A stretch of DNA of 42,310 nt from an uncultured bacterium (GTDB lineage Bacteria > AUK180). The notes below the pieces were generated by a model that was not told where the DNA came from, ran no database searches, and saw nothing but the letters and a program-made list of their open reading frames with translations. Of the stretch, positions 18,621 through 26,708 are shown piece by piece. The stretch's first letter is position 1, and each line of letters opens with the position of its first letter. The stretch spans positions 1-42,310 of the forward strand of contig CALMGJ010000002.1 of NCBI GenBank assembly GCA_937863565.1. Direction: 5' to 3'. The position numbers and the translations under genes were made by a program.

Positions 18621-19229
18621 TCAGAAAAGACGCTTCTCTTCGTTTTTAGCGAATCTGCGAAGATTTGCGCGATGTTTTATGATGATGAATATTCCGAGGA
18701 GAACAAGGAAAATCCGGGAACCGATCCCGAGGTTCCGCATAAGGGCCTGTATCACGACTGTCAGCGCGGCGCTTACGGAGGCCACAGAGACGATATGCGT
18801 GAAGATGAGTACCGCGATGAAAACGAAAAGAGCGATCATGATGATCTTGGGAAAAAGCGCGAGAAGGATACCCAGTGATACCGCAACGCCCTTTCCTCCC
18901 TTGAAGCGGAGGAAGATCGAATACATATGCCCGAGAATTATGAATGCGGAGCAGATCACATAATAATCCGACGGCTCCGCGAATACGTGCGGCTCGGGAA
19001 AAAATCTTTTAAGGAATATCACCGGAACAAAGGCCTTGGCCGCATCGAGTATCATGGATACAATGCCCGCAACGGGTCCGGCCGCCCTGAACGCATTCGT
19101 GGCCCCTACATTGCCGCTCCCTATTTCCCTGATGTTCTTTCCGGTAACGATCCTTACGATGATATACGAGAACGGTATCGAACCGATCAAAAACATGATC
19201 GCTGGAACAATGACGAACTGAATGGTCAT
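18621..19229 (-). CDS. plsY: Glycerol-3-phosphate acyltransferase PlsY
   Basis: GSIPF, GSGNVGATN, DAAK, GH..SIFLRFKGGKGVA, KHRAN. Confidence 0.95.
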   Translation of the reverse strand: MTIQFVIVPAIMFLIGSIPFSYIIVRIVTGKNIREIGSGNVGATNAFRAAGPVAGIVSMILDAAKAFVPVIFLKRFFPEPHVFAEPSDYYVICSAFIILGHMYSIFLRFKGGKGVAVSLGILLALFPKIIMIALFVFIAVLIFTHIVSVASVSAALTVVIQALMRNLGIGSRIFLVLLGIFIIIKHRANLRRFAKNEEKRLF

Positions 19230-20545
19230 CTTCGCTCAATGATGTCTATCTTAAGAGGTATTCCCGAGAGCTCGAGGGCGGCGGCAAGTTTTTTCTCGAT
19301 GAATTTCACGATCTGCGCGTTTATGTAGTTCTTATTATTGACGAACACTTTGAATGCGGGCGGGCGGACATCCGTCTGCACGGCATAGAATATCTTGAGG
19401 TTCCTGAAGAATCCGGGGAGCTCGCCTTCCATGATGTTCTGCACGGCGCGGTTGAGATGCGATGTCTGGATGTTTATCCTGTACTTCTGGAACTCGACGA
19501 ACGATTTATCAAGAAGGGCTCTCACATTGTATCCTTCGGTGGCGGAGATGAACTCGACATTGAGACCCGGATAAAAATTGAATTTATCCTCTGCGTCCGC
19601 GCGGAACGACCTTTTTCTTTCTTCCCGCGCCTCTGTTATCATATCCCATTTATTGTAAACGAGGAAAAGACACTTAGCCCTGTTCTTCGCAAGCGCCCCT
19701 ATCTTCTGATCCTGTTCCGTTATCCCCTTCTCGATATCAACGAGGAGAAGGACTATGTCCGATCTCTCCACGCTCTTTATCGTTCTCAGTATAGAATACA
19801 CTTCCACTTTATTGTCCACTTTCGCCTTTCTTCTCAGGCCGGCCGTATCAATTAGCGTGAGCCTGAGGCCGTGAAAATTGATCTCGCTGTCCACGCAATC
19901 CCTTGTGGTCCCGGGAGTGGATGAGACGATCATCCGGTCGGACTGCATGAGATAATTGATCAGGCTGGATTTTCCCGAATTGGGCTGCCCTACGACGGCA
20001 ATGCACATATTGTCGGAGGGCGCTTTCTTTGAATTTTTCAGCGTAGTCAATTCCTTTGCAACCTCTTCGCACATAAGAAGAAGAGGCTCTATATTCCTCC
20101 TGTGCGCAGCAGAGATCGCAAGCTGTTTTTTCATCCCGAGCTTGGCGAATTCGTGAATATATTCCTTGACTGAATCCTCGTCGATCTTATTGATGGCAAG
20201 GACCACGGGTTTGCCGTGTTTTCTCAAGATCTCGGCGATATCCTCATCATTGGGCATCATGCCCACACGGCCGTCAACGATGAAAATGGACATATCCGAT
20301 TCGGTGATGGCGAAAAGCGCCTGCTCCCTTATTTTTTCGGAAAGTCCGCTTTTCCCGTCCTCAATGCCGCCCGTATCGATAAGGATGAACCGGAAATCCC
20401 CTCTTATGAAAGTGCTGTATTTCCTGTCGCGCGTAACTCCCGGTATCTTCTCCGTTATCGCTTCCGATTTTCCGAGGAGCGAGTTGAATAGCGTGGATTT
20501 GCCCACATTGGGGCGCCCGATAAGCGCGATCGCGATGTCTTTCAT
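19226..20545 (-). CDS. der: Ribosome biogenesis GTPase Der
   Basis: Two GTPase domains (GRPNVGKS..GVTRD..DTGG..NKID; GQPNSGKS..GTTRD..DTAG..NKWD) plus a KH-like C-terminus. Confidence 0.95.
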   Translation of the reverse strand: MKDIAIALIGRPNVGKSTLFNSLLGKSEAITEKIPGVTRDRKYSTFIRGDFRFILIDTGGIEDGKSGLSEKIREQALFAITESDMSIFIVDGRVGMMPNDEDIAEILRKHGKPVVLAINKIDEDSVKEYIHEFAKLGMKKQLAISAAHRRNIEPLLLMCEEVAKELTTLKNSKKAPSDNMCIAVVGQPNSGKSSLINYLMQSDRMIVSSTPGTTRDCVDSEINFHGLRLTLIDTAGLRRKAKVDNKVEVYSILRTIKSVERSDIVLLLVDIEKGITEQDQKIGALAKNRAKCLFLVYNKWDMITEAREERKRSFRADAEDKFNFYPGLNVEFISATEGYNVRALLDKSFVEFQKYRINIQTSHLNRAVQNIMEGELPGFFRNLKIFYAVQTDVRPPAFKVFVNNKNYINAQIVKFIEKKLAAALELSGIPLKIDIIERR

Positions 20546-21636
20546 TTCTGATATTTTACTTTTTCTTTATATTTTTTCAAGACCTGCTTTAAAAAATCAA
20601 TGTTCTCGCCCTTCTTTGCCGATATGAATACCGCCTCAGGGAAACGTTTGCGGAAAGCTTCAAGACGGGTACGGCCGAATTTCGTATCCACTTTATTGAA
20701 AACGACCAGTTCCTTCTTGTTTTTTGCGATCTCCGATACATACTCGTTCACGATCCCCATCTGAACTCCGATATCTTTTGCGGAAATATCGTACATCTTT
20801 ATTACAAGGTCCACGTCCGAAAGGGTTGAAAGCGTTGTCTTAAACGCGATAAGCAGTGTGCTCGGCAGGTCGCGGATAAATCCGATCGTATCCACGAACA
20901 GCATCGTATCTCCTTCAATATAACCCCTTTTTACCAGCGTGTCGAGCGTAGAGAAAGGCCTTGTCATCGTTGCCGCATCCGATCCGGTAAGGCAATTGAG
21001 AAGGGTCGATTTCCCGGAATTCGTATATCCGCAGATGGCCGCCGTGAACATTCCCCTTCTTTTTTTGCTCTGCTGGCGGTAATTGTTCTCTATCTTTTTC
21101 AGTTTCCCTTTGATAACGGATATCCTCTTCAGAACGTTCCTTCTCTGGTATTCGAGTTTCTGTTCCCCGGGGCCCGTGGTCCCTATGCTCCCTCCGGGGC
21201 GGGAGAAGCCTTCCGCGCCCTTCAGTCTGGGAAGCTCGTAGCGGAGGAAGGCAAGTTCCACCTGCAGCGCCGCGGCGGCGGAGCGGGCATTCCTGCGGAA
21301 TATCTCTATAATGACCTCTTCGCGGTCCGTGATGACCGGAACGAAAGCGCCCAGTTCCTTCTCGAGATTATAGCGCGAAGTGGGCGTCAGTTCCTTGAGA
21401 AAGCAGAGGGCGTCGTATTTCTCCTCTTTCAGCATTCCCGCGATGATCCCGAGATGGCCTTTTCCGATATAGGTGCGCGGCGACACCTTTCTTTGTTCGA
21501 ACACATATGAACGCGAACACCTTATATCGATATTCTTCAGAAGCCGCTCGAACTCTTCCTGCATTTCCGCGCGGTATATATCCTCGTCCTTGGATGTAAC
21601 GGGGAATACGAGAAGTCCTTTATATATCTCAGCCAT
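20542..21636 (-). CDS. hflX: GTPase HflX
   Basis: YIGKG, ALQVELA, GPGEQKLE, GYTNSGKST, FSTLD, DTIGFI, NKVD. Confidence 0.93.
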   Translation of the reverse strand: MAEIYKGLLVFPVTSKDEDIYRAEMQEEFERLLKNIDIRCSRSYVFEQRKVSPRTYIGKGHLGIIAGMLKEEKYDALCFLKELTPTSRYNLEKELGAFVPVITDREEVIIEIFRRNARSAAAALQVELAFLRYELPRLKGAEGFSRPGGSIGTTGPGEQKLEYQRRNVLKRISVIKGKLKKIENNYRQQSKKRRGMFTAAICGYTNSGKSTLLNCLTGSDAATMTRPFSTLDTLVKRGYIEGDTMLFVDTIGFIRDLPSTLLIAFKTTLSTLSDVDLVIKMYDISAKDIGVQMGIVNEYVSEIAKNKKELVVFNKVDTKFGRTRLEAFRKRFPEAVFISAKKGENIDFLKQVLKKYKEKVKYQK

Positions 21637-21850
21637 TCTGCAGTACTGCCGTTTTCTCCTTGGGTTCTATGAAACTGAGCGAATTTTTGTAGATCATTAT
21701 ATCCCTTTCGCCGTCCCAGACCACTATTACGAACTGGTCGTAGGCCTTTACTTTTCCCGTCAGGGAATCGCCGCTATGCAGGCGGAATTTAGCCTCCCTG
21801 CCTTTCGTTTTCAATTCCAGCAAATAGGGTTCCTGAAAATTTACCGACAT
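21629..21850 (-). CDS. hfq: RNA chaperone Hfq (divergent)
   Basis: NFQEPYL, G..L.GKVKAYDQFVI, MIYKNSLS; located between miaA and hflX. Confidence 0.85.
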   Translation of the reverse strand: MSVNFQEPYLLELKTKGREAKFRLHSGDSLTGKVKAYDQFVIVVWDGERDIMIYKNSLSFIEPKEKTAVLQNG

Positions 21851-21862
21851 AACCGGATCCTC

Positions 21863-22771
21863 CTAATCATCTTTTTTAAGATGTTCTTTTATTTTTTCCA
21901 GCGCCTTTTCCGGCCCGTCGTCCATCGGTATATCGATCCTTTCCCGGTACCGTTTAAACCATGTTATCTGGCCCTTCGCATAGTTGCGCTGATGTTTCTT
22001 CACCGTATCGATGAGCTCGTATTTCGTATGTATCCTTCCTTCGAGAAAATCATTTATCTCATTGAAGCCGAGAGCCCTGAATTTATCGCCGATCACCTTC
22101 TTCTCTTTCAGGTTTTTCACCTCTTCTATCCAGCCGGCATCGAACCATCCGTCTATCCTTTTTTCGATCCTCTCGTAGAGGGCTTTGCGTTCCATTGTGA
22201 TATTGAATATCCTGTATTCCCGGAAAACGGCATTTCCGTGACTTTCCGTTTCGAGAGATGATACCGTTCTTCCCGTGAGAAAGTATATCTCCAAGGCCCT
22301 TGTGATCCGCACCTTGTCGTTTGGGGATATCTTGCCCGCATAGGCGGGGTCCACTTCTGCGAGCATCCCGCGCATTTCGCCCCAGGACGACTGCGCCGCT
22401 TTATCCTTTATCTCTTTCCTTGTTCTTTCATCCCTCGGTATATCCGGCGCAATGCCGCGGATCAGCGTTTCGATGAAAAGGCCGCAGCCGCCGGCCACGA
22501 TCACTCCGCCGCGGATCTCCTTCAGCGCTTCTTTCACATCAAGCGCGAAGTTATACGCGGAATAATAAACGCCGGGATTCACATGATCCATTAAAAAGAT
22601 CCTCACGCCCTTTGTTTCTCCCGGCAGCGGCTTGCCGCTCCCCAAGCCAATCGCCCTGTATATCTGGACGGAGTCGGCCGAGATAATATCCGCTCCGATC
22701 TCTTTTGCCAGCGTAACGGCAATATCGGTTTTCCCGATACCGGTCGGGCCTGTTATGAAAACGGGTTTCAT
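21863..22771 (-). CDS. miaA: tRNA dimethylallyltransferase
   Basis: GPTGIGKT, IISADSVQIY, AGGCGLF, RITRALEI, RNYAKGQITWF. Confidence 0.95.
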   Translation of the reverse strand: MKPVFITGPTGIGKTDIAVTLAKEIGADIISADSVQIYRAIGLGSGKPLPGETKGVRIFLMDHVNPGVYYSAYNFALDVKEALKEIRGGVIVAGGCGLFIETLIRGIAPDIPRDERTRKEIKDKAAQSSWGEMRGMLAEVDPAYAGKISPNDKVRITRALEIYFLTGRTVSSLETESHGNAVFREYRIFNITMERKALYERIEKRIDGWFDAGWIEEVKNLKEKKVIGDKFRALGFNEINDFLEGRIHTKYELIDTVKKHQRNYAKGQITWFKRYRERIDIPMDDGPEKALEKIKEHLKKDD

Positions 22772-23565
22772 CTATAGATCTTGAGGACTCTTTCGATCTT
22801 TGACGCTTTTCCCGCCGCGCGGTCAAAATTCACGACAACGCCCTGTATGGACGGTGCGCTCGGCGAGACTTCGAAGCGCGTGGGGAGTTCATAGAGAAAA
22901 TTATCGATAACGGATTCGAGCGTGATCCCTATCACACTGTCGTATGCCCCGCACATCCCGGCATCCGTGATATATGCGGTGCCGCCGGGTTGGATCCGTT
23001 CGTCGGCGGTCTGTATATGCGTATGCGTCCCGATTATAGCCGTGATCCTTCCGTCGAAATGCATCCCGAAGGCCCTCTTCTCGCTCGTTGCCTCCGCGTG
23101 AAAATCCACGATAACGGGGCCTTTGAAGTCAGAGAACTTTTTGAGAAGTTTTTCCATCGCATCAAAAGGCGAATCGAAATTCTTATTGATCAATACCCGC
23201 CCGTGCATATTGATCACGAGGATTTCGAGATCTCCGGCTTTGAAAATACCATGCCTGTTCCCGGGAACGCCCGGGGGATAGTTCGCCGGGATCAGCATAT
23301 TGGGAAGGTCCATCTCGATAAGTTCGAAAACCTCTTTGTTCTGAAAGGTGTGATTGCCTCCCGTTACAACATCAACTCCGGCTTCCGTCATCTCGAAGAA
23401 GCTCTTCTGGTTTATCCCGTTCCCGTGGCAGGCATTCTCGCCGTTGGCTATCACAAGACCGGCATTGAACTCTTTCTTTAATTCCTGTAGATGGTTCTTG
23501 AGCACCTTTCTTCCCGTTTTCCCGAACACATCGCCCAGAAAAAGGATATTGCAGATATCACTCAT
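22768..23565 (-). CDS. ymdB: YmdB/TIGR00282-family metallophosphoesterase
   Basis: GDVFG..GR, NGEN, TGGNH, DFHAEATSEK, GTHTHIQTAD, TDAGMCG. Confidence 0.92.
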   Translation of the reverse strand: MSDICNILFLGDVFGKTGRKVLKNHLQELKKEFNAGLVIANGENACHGNGINQKSFFEMTEAGVDVVTGGNHTFQNKEVFELIEMDLPNMLIPANYPPGVPGNRHGIFKAGDLEILVINMHGRVLINKNFDSPFDAMEKLLKKFSDFKGPVIVDFHAEATSEKRAFGMHFDGRITAIIGTHTHIQTADERIQPGGTAYITDAGMCGAYDSVIGITLESVIDNFLYELPTRFEVSPSAPSIQGVVVNFDRAAGKASKIERVLKIYR

Positions 23566-23833
23566 TAAGATCTACTTGGTCCACGATGGCAACGATAACG
23601 GCGTCTATAGGCATCTCGAGATCGCCCACTGCCTCTCTTGAAGAACGGCCCTGCACGGTAACGAGAACGAAATCCCCGATGCCCGCCTGGGTCACGTCGA
23701 TCGCTTCGAAGGAACTGCCGGAGGGTTTGCCCGTTCTTATATCATAGGGTTGTATGATGAGAATCTTCTTTCCCTTGTATTTTTCTTCTTTTCTGGTGCA
23801 AACGACGTTCCCTGTTACTTTTGCGTATATCAT
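23558..23833 (-). CDS. EutN/CcmL-family bacterial microcompartment vertex (BMC-P) protein
   Basis: M..AKVTGNVV.T.K...G.K.L...A.D...AG.GD.VLV..G.SSR......PIDAVIVAIVD. Confidence 0.9.
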   Translation of the reverse strand: MIYAKVTGNVVCTRKEEKYKGKKILIIQPYDIRTGKPSGSSFEAIDVTQAGIGDFVLVTVQGRSSREAVGDLEMPIDAVIVAIVDQVDLNE

Positions 23834-23850
23834 ATCTTGCCTTTTGCCTT

Positions 23851-23879
23851 ATTATAAACGCATTCCCGTTTTATTTCAA
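23851..23879 (-). promoter_or_regulatory. Putative sigma70 promoter for the EutN-ymdB-miaA-hfq-hflX-der-plsY operon
   Basis: Minus strand TTGAAA-17 nt-TATAAT, 17 nt upstream of ATG 23833. Confidence 0.6.
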
Positions 23880-23903
23880 GCCGTATTTCCTTATAAACGG
23901 GCT

Positions 23904-24815
23904 TCATACCAACCCCTCGATCCTGAAGGGGGGATCGATCTCTATTTTTATGTCCGTTCCCTTTGTCGGGTGCTTGAACTGCAATTTTTTCGCACAGAGA
24001 AGATGTCCCGTGAATCCGTATTCCTTTCCTTCGAAAACGATATGCCGGTCCTTCCTTCCGTAATCAAGATCGCCAACGATCGGATGCCCGATGGAGCGCA
24101 TATGCACCCTTATCTGATGGGTCCTTCCCGTGATAAGCCGGAATTCGACGAGGGAAAGGCCTCCTTTCGTTCTCAGCATCCTGAATTCCGTCTTTGCCTC
24201 TTTCGGTGCTACGCCGCCCACTTTGAACAGTTTCCGGTTCGAAGGCGAACGGCCTATCGGAATATCTATGAGCGCTTCGCGGTTCTTGGGTTCGCCGTGC
24301 ACGATGCCCCAGTATGTTTTCTCTATCTCGCGCTTTTTCTGCGCGGCTATGAGCGCATAATACGCCTTTTCGTTGAGGGCTATCATGAGAAGCCCGCTCG
24401 TATCCTTGTCCAGCCGGTGAACGATGCCGGGCCTTTCCGTGCCGCCGATCACGGGAAGATCGCGGTAACGTTTGATCAGGGCATTGGCGATCGTATCGTT
24501 CTTATGGCTTATGCCGGGATGGACTATCTGTCCCGGAGCTTTATTGATGATCAGGATATCCCCGTCCTCGTACACGATATCAAGTTCCATCTCCGCCGGT
24601 TCGAGGCCGCAGGACTCGGGTTCGGACTCCTCGGGAACGAAGATCTCATCCCCGGCGCGGATCTTCGAGGAGGGCTTCACGGCGGCGCCGTTCAATGTAA
24701 TTTCGCCCTTTTTTATCATTCTCTGGATATTGGCGCGCGAATGGAATTTCTCCCCGAGTATGCCGAATATGAAATTGTCTATGCGGTCAGCGTCCGCTTC
24801 CGCTTTTATGAGCAT
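23904..24815 (-). CDS. rluD: RluA/RluD-family pseudouridine synthase with N-terminal S4 domain
   Basis: RID.F..SR..IQ..IK.G, INKAPG..VHP, RPGIVHRLDKDTSG, TGRTHQIRVH, GD..YG; start moved to MLIKA (24815). Confidence 0.88.
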   Translation of the reverse strand: MLIKAEADADRIDNFIFGILGEKFHSRANIQRMIKKGEITLNGAAVKPSSKIRAGDEIFVPEESEPESCGLEPAEMELDIVYEDGDILIINKAPGQIVHPGISHKNDTIANALIKRYRDLPVIGGTERPGIVHRLDKDTSGLLMIALNEKAYYALIAAQKKREIEKTYWGIVHGEPKNREALIDIPIGRSPSNRKLFKVGGVAPKEAKTEFRMLRTKGGLSLVEFRLITGRTHQIRVHMRSIGHPIVGDLDYGRKDRHIVFEGKEYGFTGHLLCAKKLQFKHPTKGTDIKIEIDPPFRIEGLV

Positions 24816-25116
24816 TTTTCTTTTTTGCCCCTTCGCTTTTAAAATAATCCCACAACGAATATACCAAAGATATGGAGACGCCCACATAGACCACATTGCG
24901 CGTTTCACGGGCGGAAAGCGAATAATTGAAATCGCTCTCGCGGTACATCTTGTAGAACCGGTATGAAAGAAGCGAATACGCAAGCGTCAGGGGCACGGTG
25001 GCCAGAAATATCGTGGTGCCTCTTTTAAGCGGCGTTTCCTTGTATTCCGTTTCTTCGGCGAACGCGGATACGGAGAAGACCAGAAGTAAAACAATAGCGA
25101 TGCTATATCTTTTCAT
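24787..25116 (-). CDS. Hypothetical exported/membrane protein
   Basis: Signal-like N-terminus ending AFA-EE, two further hydrophobic segments; overlaps lgt and rluD. Confidence 0.7.
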   Translation of the reverse strand: MKRYSIAIVLLLVFSVSAFAEETEYKETPLKRGTTIFLATVPLTLAYSLLSYRFYKMYRESDFNYSLSARETRNVVYVGVSISLVYSLWDYFKSEGAKKKNAHKSGSGR

Positions 25117-25864
25117 TTTTCCTGAGCAAGTGATAGATGAGGAAGATAACGGGAAGGAGGATCAGGATGATGACTTGGGAAAAGGTCAGACCAAGGATAT
25201 AAAGTTTCTCGTAATCGCCCCTGAAGAACTCAAGAGAGAATCTCAGGACAGAATACAGGGCCACATAAGAAAGGAAGACCTCCCCGTTGAACTTTTTCTT
25301 TTTCGCAATGAGGGAAAGCAGTATGAAGATGATAAATAGCCCCAGCGATTCCCAGAGCTGGGTCGGCACTCTGAAAACGGCGGTGCCGTCCGCGGCGTAT
25401 TCCCCGAAATGCGTTGCAAAAAAAGTTCCCGCGTGAACGCATTTCCCGTAGCAGCATCCGTTCAGAAGGCAGCCCTGACGGCCTATGGCATGTCCAAGGG
25501 CAAGCGCCGGCGCATAGACATCGGAAAGGATGCCGATGGGGAGTTTCTTTATCAGGGCGAATATGATCCCCGCGGAAAAGCCGCAGGCAAGTCCGCCGAG
25601 AAAAACGAATCCGGCGCGCGTGAAGATATAGGCGGCCGGATGCGCGAGAAAATCCTTGAAGTAGAGTATGATATAGAAAAGGCGGGCGCCGATTATGGCG
25701 AATACGATCATGAATATCCCGAGGTCGAAGACCTTGTCCGGATCGATGCCGGCATTGCGCGCAAGGCGCTGCGCCGTCATCAGGCCCCAATATACGCCGA
25801 TGGCGACCATGAGGCCGTAATAAGTTATCTGAAGGCCGAAGATCTTGCAAAGGTCAGGCGACAT
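25103..25864 (-). CDS. lgt: Prolipoprotein diacylglyceryl transferase
   Basis: YYGLM, GARLFY, G.VFLGG, GHAIGR.GC.LNGCCYG, PTQLWE, RF.LEFFR. Confidence 0.93.
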   Translation of the reverse strand: MSPDLCKIFGLQITYYGLMVAIGVYWGLMTAQRLARNAGIDPDKVFDLGIFMIVFAIIGARLFYIILYFKDFLAHPAAYIFTRAGFVFLGGLACGFSAGIIFALIKKLPIGILSDVYAPALALGHAIGRQGCLLNGCCYGKCVHAGTFFATHFGEYAADGTAVFRVPTQLWESLGLFIIFILLSLIAKKKKFNGEVFLSYVALYSVLRFSLEFFRGDYEKLYILGLTFSQVIILILLPVIFLIYHLLRKNEKI

Positions 25865-26327
25865 TCTTTTTCACCGCGAACTGGCCTATAATGAAAAGAA
25901 CGATGCCGATATCGATAGAGATGTCGGCAAGATTGAAGGTGGGCCAGGCGAACCTTCTGTAATAAAGGTGCAGAAAATCGAACACATATCCGTTGATGAG
26001 CCTGTCAACGATATTGCCGAGGCCGCCGCCGAGTATGAAAGCGAACCCGATGACCTCGATATTTTTAAGTTTTTCGAAATGTTTTAAAAGATAGAAAGAG
26101 AAAAGAGCGAGACCGGCCAGCATAAAACCCGCCTTGATGAGCATCGGTGTATTTTGAAGTATCCCGAATATCAGCCCCCTGTTCTCCACATAAGTGATCT
26201 TGAAAAATCCGGGAATGAGGCTTATTTCTCCGTAATCGTCCGTAAGCGCTTTTTTTATAAGGATTTTAGAAAGGAGGTCGCCGGCAAGGAGGGCGGCAGA
26301 GATGAGGAAATACCAGTAACGCTTCAT
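25854..26327 (-). CDS. lspA: Lipoprotein signal peptidase II
   Basis: D..SK, NRG..FG, GGGLGNIVDR..GYV.DF, WPTFNLAD. Confidence 0.95.
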   Translation of the reverse strand: MKRYWYFLISAALLAGDLLSKILIKKALTDDYGEISLIPGFFKITYVENRGLIFGILQNTPMLIKAGFMLAGLALFSFYLLKHFEKLKNIEVIGFAFILGGGLGNIVDRLINGYVFDFLHLYYRRFAWPTFNLADISIDIGIVLFIIGQFAVKKNVA

Positions 26328-26333
26328 CGCAGA

Positions 26334-26708
26334 TTACTTGATCTTTCCGTCCTTTTCCAGTTGTTCCCTGCAGGTCACGCAGTAGATCGAGTGAGGCTTG
26401 GCTTTCAGCCGGCCTTCTCCGATCGGTTTTCCGCACTCCTCGCATTTTCCGTATGTGCCTTTTTCGATCTTCTCGAGAGCGATCTCGACCTGCTCGAGAA
26501 GATTCTGATCTATATCGATGATGCTGAGGGACTTATTCCTTTCGAACTCTTCGTTCGATATATAGCCCGGATCGTCCGGATAATGTGAAAGGCTGTCGCC
26601 CGAAGCGTGCGTCGATTCGGATAATCCGTCCAGTGACATCTCGATGTGCTTTTTGAGCTTCAGAAGCGCTTCCTTGTACTTTGCAAGTTCCTCTTTCTTG
26701 AATTTCAT
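26334..26708 (-). CDS. TraR/DksA-family C4 zinc-finger protein
   Basis: Coiled coil plus ALEKI..GTYGKCEECGKPI...RL.A.P....CVTC; start at MKFKK after GGAGG, overlapping the ileS stop. Confidence 0.88.
   Translation of the reverse strand: MKFKKEELAKYKEALLKLKKHIEMSLDGLSESTHASGDSLSHYPDDPGYISNEEFERNKSLSIIDIDQNLLEQVEIALEKIEKGTYGKCEECGKPIGEGRLKAKPHSIYCVTCREQLEKDGKIK

Noticed and set aside
23754-24842. 362-aa plus-strand ORF
   Set aside because: Antisense shadow of rluD; no recognisable motifs.
25440-25490. Lgt signature with GRQGC instead of GRxGN
   Set aside because: The GRxGC..GCCYG variant is common in many phyla.
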